Source: an uncultured Clostridia bacterium (GTDB taxonomy: Bacteria; Bacillota; Clostridia; TANB77; CAG-508). Taken from it: a stretch of 48,267 bases of DNA. The notes below the pieces were generated by a model, which saw nothing but the letters and a program-made list of their open reading frames with translations, was not told the DNA's origin and did not search any database. The first letter of the stretch is position 1, and the number at the start of each line of letters is the position of its first letter. Location: the NCBI GenBank assembly GCA_944391785.1, contig CALXUX010000107.1, positions 1-48,267 of the forward strand, given 5' to 3'. The position numbers and the translations under genes were made by a program. Shown one piece after another: positions 10,199 to 19,912 of this stretch.

Positions 10199-11312
10199 TT
10201 ATATACTCCCTTCTTATACTACTATCTATATATCCTGGATATATATCGAAAATTGCTTCTTGTCCCTCTTTTATTTCTTTTCCTGTTATATCTGCAATAA
10301 CATTACACATTGCAATTCTCCCTAGTATTTGGCTCTCTTTTCCATCAATTTTTAGAGTTAATTTTTGTTTTGTAAATAGCTTTTTTAAATCTTCTTTTAA
10401 ATATCTTATTTTGTCTATCATTCTAAATGCGTCCTTTTTTATTCCCATATTTACAGCATCTGCATAACCACAAGGTATTATTGCAATTTTAGTTTCTTTT
10501 TTTGTTTTATATATATTTGAATAACCTATGTTAAAATTTTTTGGAAGTATTTTTATTTCTGTAACTTCTGATTTCAAATATCCAATTTTCTTTAATGACA
10601 ACCCAGATGCTGTTACTCTACCTAAAAAAGCTGATCCTATTCTTACTGCATTTAAATGCATATTTGGAAATTTTATAAATGCATTTGAATTACATATGTG
10701 CAATAATCCCATTTTTAATCCATTTAGCTTCATTACTTCTATACAATCTATAAATCTTTTAAATTGTTCTTTTGTGTATTTATCATTATAAAAAGATACA
10801 GAAAAATGAGAAAATGTTCCTTCTATTTTTATATTGTCTGCTAATTTTATTGCTTCTATCATTTCTTCCCTTTTATTATAGCAAAAACCATATCTTCCAA
10901 AGCCTGTATCTATTTTTATGTGTGCTCTTATTTTCTTGTTCATTTCTTTTCCTATTTCGTTTGCTATTTCCATAGCATGTGTAGAACCTATAGTTATAAT
11001 GATATTATTTTGGATTAATTTTTTTACTTGACTTCTTATACTAATTGAAGATAACATTAATATTTCTTCTTTTATTCCTGCTTCTCTTAATTTTATGGCT
11101 TCTTCTATTGTTGATACAGCAAAAAAATTTATACCTTGGTCAATTAAAAATTTAGTGTATTTTACTAAATCTAATCCATAACCATTAGCTTTTACTACCG
11201 CTATTATTTTTACGGGATTTCCAGAGTCATCTTTTTTATCCATATTGGCATATTTTTTTATTTGCTCAATATTATATATTAAGTCCTTCTTTTTTATAAC
11301 TACTGATTTCAT
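10191..11312 (-). CDS. alr: alanine racemase family protein
   Basis: AVVKANGYG (PLP lysine), HIKIDTGFGRYG, FSHF, VRIG, IGY, PCGYAD. Confidence 0.85.
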   Translation of the reverse strand: MKSVVIKKKDLIYNIEQIKKYANMDKKDDSGNPVKIIAVVKANGYGLDLVKYTKFLIDQGINFFAVSTIEEAIKLREAGIKEEILMLSSISIRSQVKKLIQNNIIITIGSTHAMEIANEIGKEMNKKIRAHIKIDTGFGRYGFCYNKREEMIEAIKLADNIKIEGTFSHFSVSFYNDKYTKEQFKRFIDCIEVMKLNGLKMGLLHICNSNAFIKFPNMHLNAVRIGSAFLGRVTASGLSLKKIGYLKSEVTEIKILPKNFNIGYSNIYKTKKETKIAIIPCGYADAVNMGIKKDAFRMIDKIRYLKEDLKKLFTKQKLTLKIDGKESQILGRIAMCNVIADITGKEIKEGQEAIFDIYPGYIDSSIRREYINE

Positions 11313-11460
11313 TTTTTCCCTTTCAATTGGATTAGATTTATAATTATTTTTACTATTATTAGTATAAGTATATGATTATATTTGTTTATATAACTAATAT
11401 TAATTTATACCTTATGCTTTAAATTATAATTATATTTCTAATCCTTACTTATTCAAATTT

Positions 11461-11572
11461 AATTTTTATATATTTCAATCAAAGATCTAATTTTTATTTA
11501 TTTCAATCAAACATCTAATTTTTATATATTTTAATCAAACATCTAATTTCTATTTATTTTAATCAAACATTT
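11461..11572. repeat. four tandem copies of a 28-bp unit
   Basis: AATTTTTATWTATTTYAATCAAACATCT-like units start at 11461, 11489, 11517 and 11545, with a degenerate fifth; no spacers. Confidence 0.85.
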
Positions 11573-11634
11573 AATTTTTATTTTAATAACACGTTTAATT
11601 TTTTATTATTTATTTTTAATCTCAAATTTTTAAT

Positions 11635-12693
11635 TTATTTTTTTAATTTCATTTTTAATTGTCTTAGTCTTCTAAATGTTTTTTCAGAAAATTTATATAA
11701 TTTATATTTTATTGGTTTGAACGGAATGTAAATTTCACCTAAAAATTCTGTGAATTTTCCTCCAAATCCTTTTTTAAATCTATATAGACCATATTGTGGA
11801 TGTGATTCATCAACAATACCCGATACTCCTCTAAAGTCATATATATCATCATGTCTTGCTATTGCCATTTTTATCATTTCCCATTGTAATAAATAGTTTG
11901 GCATTAGATTTCTGTTTTCATTACTACTTGCTCCATATAAATACCATGTTTTGTTTCCATAAAATATTGGTATTACTCCTGAAATTGGTTTTCCATTATA
12001 GTATGCCATTAAAAGTTTCATATGTTCTGGTGCCATATTGTCATACATTTTTTCGAAATATTCAAGTGGTCTTATTATAAATCCATCTCTTGTGCCTGTT
12101 TCTACCATTATTTTGTGAAAATCTTTTAAATCTTCTCTTGTTCCTTCTTTTACTGTGACTCCTTTTCTTGTTGCTAAACGTATATTATATCTCCATTTTT
12201 GGTGGAATCCTGCCATTATTTCTTCTTCCGTTTTTCCTTTTATGTCTAGTCTAAATACATATCTTGGTTGAATTTCATCCATAAAATCTTTTGCATCATC
12301 TTTTATTTTATAGCCTAATTTTGTTACTATTTTTTTAAATTCCTCATCACTGCTTTCTATATCTGGTTCTATTCTAAGTACTATTGCTTTGTATTTTTTT
12401 GCAAGTGCTCTTGCTCCTTGTGTTAATTGTTCTAATACGTTTTCGTCATGAATATCACATACAGGTCCTCGTGATGAATACATTATATTTCCGAATATTG
12501 GCATTTTTCTTATCCAGACACAAAGTGATCCTATTATTTCATTTTTACTATTTTCAGCAAGAATTACTTCTGGAATCCAGTTAGGCTTTTTTATTTCAGC
12601 CCATTCTAATGATTGCTGGAAGTTACATCTATTATGATGTTCTAAAAAATTTTTGTATTCTGCTTTTGATTTTTCATCAGTAACAAATCTCAT
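11635..12693 (-). CDS. FemAB/MurM family peptidoglycan bridge aminoacyltransferase
   Basis: FQQSLEW, RGPV, LRIEP, KWRYNIRLA, YLYGAS, NYLLQW, YDFRG, GLYRFKKGFG motifs. Confidence 0.92.
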   Translation of the reverse strand: MRFVTDEKSKAEYKNFLEHHNRCNFQQSLEWAEIKKPNWIPEVILAENSKNEIIGSLCVWIRKMPIFGNIMYSSRGPVCDIHDENVLEQLTQGARALAKKYKAIVLRIEPDIESSDEEFKKIVTKLGYKIKDDAKDFMDEIQPRYVFRLDIKGKTEEEIMAGFHQKWRYNIRLATRKGVTVKEGTREDLKDFHKIMVETGTRDGFIIRPLEYFEKMYDNMAPEHMKLLMAYYNGKPISGVIPIFYGNKTWYLYGASSNENRNLMPNYLLQWEMIKMAIARHDDIYDFRGVSGIVDESHPQYGLYRFKKGFGGKFTEFLGEIYIPFKPIKYKLYKFSEKTFRRLRQLKMKLKK

Positions 12694-12926
12694 TTTTGCT
12701 TTCCTCCCGTTTTTTATAATTTTTGCAAATTTTTCTTAATTTCTATCATTCCTAAAATTTGGCAATATATTCAAAATTTTACTATTTTACTATGATATTT
12801 GGATTATACTTTAAATACATATTTTTTTCAAGATATTTTTCTTTTTTTTCATTAATCTATTGAATTAATTTATTTTTTATTATACTATATATAAAAGAAA
12901 AAATGAGATTCTAAGGGAGGATAAAG

Positions 12927-13806
12927 ATGCCAAGAAAAACAAAAGAACAAACAAAAAAAGAAACAAATTCAGAACAAATTAAAAATGAAACAAGTTTAAA
13001 ACAAGTAAAAAAAGATACAGCAAGTAAAAAGAAATCTACTAAAAGTTCAAAAACTCGGAAGCACAACTTCAAAAAGTAGTCAAAGTAAACCAAAAACTCA
13101 AGCAAAATCTAAAAATACTACTAAAAAAACTTCTAAGAAAAGCACTAAAAAAGTAGAGCAAAATTCAAATACTAACACCATAACAAATGAATATTATGAT
13201 CTTCCATATAGATATAACCAAACAACAATAAAAGTTTTGGCTCAAACTCCTAATAATTTATTTATATATTGGGACATTTCAGACGAAGACATAAAAAATT
13301 TAAAAGCTCAATATGGCGACAATTTTTTTGAAATAACCAAACCCATCCTAAAAGTATATAATGAAACTTTAGGATATAGTTTTGAAGTTGAAATAAATGA
13401 TTTTGCAAACAGTTGGTATTTACATGTAAATGATAGTAAATCAAAATACAAAATAGAACTTGGAAGAAAACCTATAAACAAGCCAGAATTTAAAAAAATA
13501 ATTCATTCAAATAATATAATTGGAAATTCTAATATTGATGAACATACATCTTATATACACATTGTAACTTCTAATAATATGGAATCTCCAAATGATAAAA
13601 TATTATTTAATAAAAATAATCAAACAATTTACTATAAAAATGTAAAAACAAATGAAGAATTTTCAAAAAATATTAAAGATTTATCATTTGTGCAAAACAT
13701 TAGTAAAATTTATAACATCTATGACTTATATAAAGAACTATATAATAAAAAAAATATAGACAATCTCTACAATCTAGATAATCCATCTAGCAATTTTGGT
13801 TTTTAA
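12927..13806 (+). CDS. DUF4912 domain protein with K/T/S-rich N-terminus, split by a +1 frame change at CGG 13056-13058 (about 292 aa when joined)
   Basis: RBS GGGAGG and ATG 12927 give MPRKTKEQ...SSKT-CGG, with a stop 7 codons later. The +1 frame GSTTSKSS...EYYDLPYRYNQTTIKVLAQTPNNLFIYWDI is continuous with track ORF 13237..13806. Confidence 0.8.
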
Positions 13807-13985
13807 TTTAATAAGAAAAGTATCAAAGCTCATAAGTAAAACTCATGCAGGTCTTTTTAATGACACTTTTCTTGTTGTATACAGAAAAATCTACTTAAAG
13901 ATCAAAATAAAAGTCGATTTTTCCTATACAATAAAAAATTTACTTTAAATTACAAAGTTTACAAATAAATAATAGGAGAAAAATT

Positions 13986-15573
13986 ATGCAAAATAAAAAA
14001 GGTTATGTAAGTTTTGTATTACATGCACATCTTCCATTTATACACCACCCAGAAAGTGATGATTATTTAGAAGAATCTTGGCTATATGAAGCTATTTCAG
14101 AAACATATATACCATTACTTACAAATTTTCAAAAATTAGTTGATGAAGGTGTAAAATTTAAAATAACAATGTCTTTAACTCCACCTTTACTTTCAATGTT
14201 AGACAACAAATTATTGCAAAGAAAATATATTAATTATCTAAAAAAGCTAATTGAACTATCAAAAAAAGAGATAAAAAGAACATCTTATGATGAAAGATTA
14301 AATAAACTTGCACACTATTATTATGAAAGATATTCAAATGATCTACATCTATTTAAAAATGTATTTAAATGCAACTTAATTGAAAGATTTAAATATTTCC
14401 AAGACTTGGGTGTATTAGAAATAATAACTTGTGGTGCAACACATGGATATTTTCCAATATTATACATAAATGAAAAAACCGTAAAAGCACAAATTGCAGT
14501 CGGAGTTCAAACATATGAAAGATTTTTTGGTAAAAAGCCAAAAGGCATTTGGCTTCCTGAATGTGGATATGTACCAGAAGCTGATAAATATTTAAAAGAA
14601 TTTGGCATAAAATACATAATTACAGAATCACATGGAATTCTATATGCAGAACCAACTCCAATTTATGGTACATTTGCTCCAATTGTATCTAAAGAAGGAA
14701 TAGTTGCATTTGGTCGTGATATGGAATCTTCAAGACAAGTATGGAGTTCTATAAATGGTTATCCTGGAGATTTTAATTACCGTGAATTTTACCGAGATAT
14801 TGGTTATGAAGCTGATTATGACTACATAAAACCATATATTGCACACAATGGCGTACGTGTTCACACAGGAATAAAATATTATAGAATTACTGGAAAAACT
14901 GAATTTAAAGATTACTATAATCTTCAATGGGCAAAAGATTCTGCCGAACGCCATGCAGGACATTTTCTTGACTCAAGAACAGCACAAATTAATAATATTG
15001 CCCCATATATGGATAAACCTCCAATAATATTATGTCCTTATGATGCTGAACTTTATGGACATTGGTGGTATGAAGGACCTTACTTTTTATATATTTTATT
15101 TAAAAAAATCTACTATGATGATTGCAATTTTGAACTTATTACACCTTCTGAATATATTGACAAATATCCAGAAATACAAGAATGCACTCCTTGCCGTTCA
15201 AGTTGGGGAGCTAACCGGTTATAGTGAAGTTTGGCTTAATCCAAGTAATGACTATATACATAGGCACCTTCATGTGGCAGGAGACAGAATGTGTGAACTT
15301 GCTAAAAAATACCCAAATAGCAAAGGATTATTAAAAAAAGCATTAAATCAATGTGCACGTGAATTACTTCTAGCTCAAAGTAGTGATTGGTTATTTATTA
15401 TTACTAATGGAACAATGGTAGATTATGCTAAAAAAAGAATAAAAGATCATATTGGCCGTTTTACTAAACTATATTATCAAATAAAAAATGATAATATAGA
15501 TGAAGTATTTTTAAAAGATATTTCAAAAAAAGATTGTATTTTTCCAGATATTGATTATATGATTTATTCATAA
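13986..15573 (+). CDS. GH57 1,4-alpha-glucan branching enzyme (DUF1957 C-terminus), split by a +1 frame change at CGG 15216-15218 (about 528 aa when joined)
   Basis: LHAHLP, THGY, WLPEC, YDAELYGHWWYEG, then SSWGAN-CGG; the +1 frame gives GYSEVWLN...ARELLLAQSSDW. Confidence 0.9.
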
Positions 15574-15612
15574 CTTTACACTTTACTTGACACAGAGTCC
15601 ACTTTTACTCAT

Positions 15613-15660
15613 AAAACTGCTATGAAAAGGCTTATATATTTGTCTTTTCATAGCAGTTTT
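15613..15660. terminator. bidirectional terminator between the GH57 gene and dprA
   Basis: Perfect 17-bp inverted repeat AAAACTGCTATGAAAAG / CTTTTCATAGCAGTTTT. Confidence 0.8.
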
Positions 15661-15686
15661 TAACTTAACTTAACTTAACTTAACTT
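15661..15686. repeat. (TAACT)5 microsatellite
   Basis: taacttaacttaacttaacttaactt directly after the hairpin. Confidence 0.8.
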
Positions 15687-15736
15687 ATATTATATTTTAT
15701 TTTATATTATTTTTTATATTATATAATACTCTATTT

Positions 15737-16621
15737 TTAAATATTTTCTAAAATATCTTTATAATTTGTTACTGGCATTGCACCTTCTTTTATTAATCTA
15801 TTAGTCCCAACAGAATTTAATGAATTTATATTACCAGGTACCACATATACATCCCTACCTTGTTCTAATGCAAAATCTGCTGTAATTATGGTCCCACTTT
15901 TTTCTTTTGCCTCTATTATTAATACTCCTCTACTAATTCCTGAAATAATTCTATTTCTCTCAGGAAAATTATTTTTTTCTGGGCTTGTTTTTAAAGGATA
16001 TTCTGAAATAATAGCTCCATTCATATTTATTATTTGATTATATATTTTTTCATTTTGTTTTGGATATATAATATCAACCCCATTTCCTAATACTGCAATT
16101 GTTTTTCCCTTTGCTTTTAATGCTCCTATATGTGAAAAAGCATCTATTCCTCTTGCCATACCACTTATAATTGTTATATTTTCACTTGCCAAATTATATG
16201 CAAAATATTCTGATGCCTTTCTACCATATTCTGTGCAATCCCTACAACCTATTATTGCAATACCTATATTATTTAATATATTTTTATTTCCTTTTACATA
16301 CAACATTAAAGGATAATCATATATTTGTTTTAAAATTTGTGGATATTCTTTATCTTGTATTGTTACAATACTAATTTTTTGTTTTTGTAATTCTTCTATT
16401 TCATTATCTAATGCTTTTTTTATGAAATCATCTTTAAAAGTCCTACTTGTCTTTTCTCCTATTCTGTAATTTTGCATTAATTCTTCTTCATCTAAATTAT
16501 ATATTACTTTGGGATCATGATACTTTTTTATTAAATTTCTTTTTAAGTTATCTGTAATACCTTTTAATAAATTTAACCATACCCAATATCTTTTACTTTC
16601 TAATTCATTTACGTTTTTCAC
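15737..16621 (-). CDS. dprA: DNA-processing protein DprA
   Basis: YP..L..I.D.P, AIIGCR, ISGMARGID, FPERNRIISG, EAKEKSGT.ITA..ALEQGR, GTNRLIKEGA. Confidence 0.95.
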   Translation of the reverse strand: MKNVNELESKRYWVWLNLLKGITDNLKRNLIKKYHDPKVIYNLDEEELMQNYRIGEKTSRTFKDDFIKKALDNEIEELQKQKISIVTIQDKEYPQILKQIYDYPLMLYVKGNKNILNNIGIAIIGCRDCTEYGRKASEYFAYNLASENITIISGMARGIDAFSHIGALKAKGKTIAVLGNGVDIIYPKQNEKIYNQIINMNGAIISEYPLKTSPEKNNFPERNRIISGISRGVLIIEAKEKSGTIITADFALEQGRDVYVVPGNINSLNSVGTNRLIKEGAMPVTNYKDILENI

Positions 16622-16700
16622 TTTTTTATTTTCCTTTCTTTTTTTATATTACTTCCATTTTGTATTTTCCAAATATCAAAATTCTATTTTCTTTTTTAAA

Positions 16701-16725
16701 GAAAAAAAGACACTAAAAAGTGTCT
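16701..16725 (-). terminator. rho-independent terminator after folD
   Basis: Minus strand reads AGACACT-TTTT-AGTGTCT followed by a T-run. Confidence 0.65.
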
Positions 16726-16745
16726 CTATTAAACTTTTACATAAA

Positions 16746-17594
16746 TTATCTATTTTGCTCTTTTGCAGCTTTTAAGCAGTTATTAATTAACATTGCTATT
16801 GTCATTGGTCCTACTCCCCCTGGGACCGGTGTAATATAACTTGCTTTGTTTTTTACATTTTCAAAATCTACGTCACCTGTTATTTTTTTGTCTTCTCCTC
16901 TGTTTATTCCAACATCTATTATTACTACCCCATTTCTTACCATATCACTTTTAACAAAATGTGATTTTCCTATTGCTGAAATTAATATATCTGCTTTTTT
17001 AGTTATTTCTTCTATATTTTTTGTGTTAGAATGGCAAACAGTAATTGTTGCATTTTTATTTAGACAACATTGTGAAAGTGGCTTTCCAACTATGTTGCTT
17101 CTTCCTAATATTACTACATTTTTACCAGATAAGTCAATATTATATTCTTCAAACATTCTCATTATTCCATATGGTGTGCAAGATACAAATGTATCTTGGC
17201 CTAAAACTAATTTTCCAACATTCATAGGATGAAAACCATCTACATCTTTTTTGTAATCAATTGTTCTAAATGCTTCGTTTATATCTAAATTACTTGGTAT
17301 AGGACTTTGTAATAATATACCATTTACTGTCTTGTCTTTATTTAGTTTTTCGATAAGTTCTATTAAATCTTTTTGGGTTATTTTATCATCTAATAAATAT
17401 TCTTCATATTCTATTCCTACTTCTTCACAAGCTTTGCTTTTATTTCTTACATAAATTTTTGATGCTTGGTTTTCTCCTACCATTATTACTACAAGTTTTG
17501 GATTTATTCCTTGTTTTTTTAATTCTTCACATTCTATTTTTAAATTTTGTCTTGTTTTTTTTGCTAATTCTTTTCCATCTATTATTACTGCCAT
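16746..17594 (-). CDS. folD: methylenetetrahydrofolate dehydrogenase/cyclohydrolase
   Basis: IDGK, YVRNK, KDVDGFHP, CTP.G, GRSNIVGKP, DVGIN, TPVPGGVGPMT. Confidence 0.98.
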   Translation of the reverse strand: MAVIIDGKELAKKTRQNLKIECEELKKQGINPKLVVIMVGENQASKIYVRNKSKACEEVGIEYEEYLLDDKITQKDLIELIEKLNKDKTVNGILLQSPIPSNLDINEAFRTIDYKKDVDGFHPMNVGKLVLGQDTFVSCTPYGIMRMFEEYNIDLSGKNVVILGRSNIVGKPLSQCCLNKNATITVCHSNTKNIEEITKKADILISAIGKSHFVKSDMVRNGVVIIDVGINRGEDKKITGDVDFENVKNKASYITPVPGGVGPMTIAMLINNCLKAAKEQNR

Positions 17595-17640
17595 TTTTTT
17601 CTCCTTTTACTTCAAAATTTTATTATCTTTATTAATTTTA

Positions 17641-17886
17641 CTAATTTTCATCTATTATTTTGTATTCAATATCTTCCATGAATTCAAACATTTCTTTCAC
17701 CCTTTTTAGTGTTAGCATTGTCATTTTAGGTTGAGGGTTTTTTGGATGATCTGATAAAAGTTTTTGAGTATAACAATTTGGTGCTGTTTTAAATAATAAA
17801 TATCTATTTTTTACATATGTGTAATATATTTGGTACCCATTATCTAAATCTTCCCACATCATTTCAAATGTATATTTTTGTTCCAT
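17641..17886 (-). CDS. hypothetical protein (81 aa)
   Basis: RBS AAAGGA, co-oriented between ligA and folD, typical composition. Confidence 0.7.
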   Translation of the reverse strand: MEQKYTFEMMWEDLDNGYQIYYTYVKNRYLLFKTAPNCYTQKLLSDHPKNPQPKMTMLTLKRVKEMFEFMEDIEYKIIDEN

Positions 17887-17903
17887 TTTATGTCCTTTCT
17901 TTT

Positions 17904-19912
17904 CTATTTTATTAAATCTTCAAATTCTTTTTCTGTTAAAATTTGCACACCTAAACTTTGTGCTTTTTCTAGTTTACTTCCCGCTTCTTCTCCTGCTAAG
18001 AGATAACTTGTCTTTTTGGAAACTGAACTTGATGTTTTTCCACCTAATCTTTCTATGATATCTTCTGCTTCTTTTCTTGTAAACTTTTCTAAAGTTCCTG
18101 TTAATACAAATGTTTTTCCTTCAAATCTATTATCTTCTACTTGATTTTCATCTTCTAAAACTGCAGTATTTACTCCTGCATCTTTTAACCTATTTATTAA
18201 ATCTTTGGTCTGATCTTGATTAAAAAATTCAACAATACTATTTGCCATTACTTCCCCTACATCATCTATTTTCTGAAGATCTTCTTTTGTTGCATTTGCA
18301 AGATTATCAATATTTTTATATCTTTTAGCAAGAATTTTTGATGCTTTTCCTCCAACATGCCTTATTCCAAGTGCTGTTATTAATCTATATAAATCATTAT
18401 TTTTACTATTATTAATACTGCTAATTAAATTTCCGAGCAAACTTTTTTCCATTCTTTTTTAATGATGCTATATCTTCAAATGTTAAAGTATATATATCTG
18501 CTATATTTTTTATTAAATTTCTATCTAAAAGTTCTTGAATTATATTTTCGCCTAATCCATCTATATTCATAGCCTCTCTTGATACAAAATGTACCAAATT
18601 TCTAAATAATTTAGCTGGACACTCAACACCAGTACATTTAACTGCCGCTTCTCCATCTTCCCTTATTGTATCTGCATTACATACTGGACACTTAGTTGGC
18701 ATATTAAACTCTTTTTCATTCCCTGTTCTTTTAGATTTTACAACTTCAACAATTTCTGGTATTACATCTCCTGCTTTTTGTATTACTACAGTATCACCTA
18801 TTTTTAAATCCTTTTCTTTTATAAAATCTTCATTATGAAGTGTTGTTTTTGAAATTGTTGAGCCTGCAACTTCTACAGGTTCTAAAATTGCCATTGGTGT
18901 TATTACACCTGTTCTACCTACTTGGCATACTATATCTTTTAATATTGTTTCTTTTCTTTCTGGTGGATATTTATATGCTACTGCCCATCTTGGAACTTTT
19001 ACAGTAGAACCTAAAATTTCTCTAAATTTTAGATTATCTATTTTCACAACTGCTCCATCTATTCCAAATGTTAAATCCTCTCTCATATCTCCTATTTTTT
19101 CTATTGCATTTTTTACTTCTTCTATTGTTTTGCAAGGAATTCTTACAGGATTTACATTAAATCCTAATTTTTCTAAATATTCTAACTCCTCAAAATGAGA
19201 ATTAAAAGTCTTTCCTTCTATTTTTTGAACATTAAATATATATATATCAAGTGGTCTATTTTTTGTTATATTACTATCTAACTGTCTAAGAGAGCCGAGC
19301 TGCTGCATTTCTTGCATTTGCAAAAAGTTCTTCACCTTTTTCTTCTCTTTTATTATTCATTTTTTCAAAATCATTTTTAGATATAAATACTTCTCCTCTT
19401 ACTGTAATATTAATTTTGTCTTTTATTTTCATTGGAATACTTTTTACCGTTTTTAAATTTTCTGTTACATCTTCTCCAACTAATCCATTTCCTCTTGTAG
19501 CTCCTCTTACAAATTCTCCATTTTCATATTCTAGTGCTGCAGATAATCCATCTATTTTTGTTTCTACAACATAATTTACTTCTTGTATTCCATTTTCTTT
19601 TGCCTTTTCTTTCATCCTTTGATCAAAATCTTCTACCTCTTCTAAACTAAATACATCTTGTAAGCTTTGAAGTGGTACTTCATGATTTACTTTTTGAAAT
19701 CCTTCTTTTACATGTCCACCCACTTTTTGTGTTAATGAATTTTTATCCATAAATTGTGGATATTTTGCTTCTAATGTTCTTAATTCAAGCATCATCATAT
19801 CATATTCAAAATCTGATATTTCTGGCTTATCTTCATCATAATATTTTTGTGCATAATATTCAGTTTTATCTCTTAGCACACTTATTCTTTCTTTTGCTTG
19901 GCTTTCATCCAT
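17904..19912 (-). CDS. ligA: NAD-dependent DNA ligase, split by two +1 frame changes at CGG 19295-19297 and CGG 18433-18435 (about 668 aa when joined)
   Basis: Start MDESQAKERI (ATG 19912, RBS AAAGGAG); KIDG, ATRGNG..GE, RNAAA|GSLRQ, DGAVVK, GRTG, C..C Zn finger, HhH, KKFA|GNLISSI, ALGIRHVG, BRCT (FVLTG...SVSKKT). Confidence 0.95.

Noticed and set aside
11461-11596. 28-bp repeats as a CRISPR array
   Set aside because: Units are contiguous with no unique spacers, and no cas genes are present.
15737-16621. AGG as a second frameshift-inducing codon
   Set aside because: In-frame AGG occurs in intact dprA (AGT AGG ACT and GGT AGG GAT, the latter at the conserved QGR motif) with no frame change.
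15040-19335. Track starts at 15040, 18452 and 19335 (also 7642 and 13237) as independent genes
   Set aside because: They are either out-of-frame overlaps of the upstream segment or internal codons without an evident RBS, and are better explained as +1 continuations.
7220-19912. Treating ftsH, ligA, GH57 and DUF4912 as ordinary pseudogenes or homopolymer errors
   Set aside because: There is no other decay, all five breaks share one codon and direction, and four are outside homopolymers. A context-specific assembly error remains possible and needs reads to exclude.
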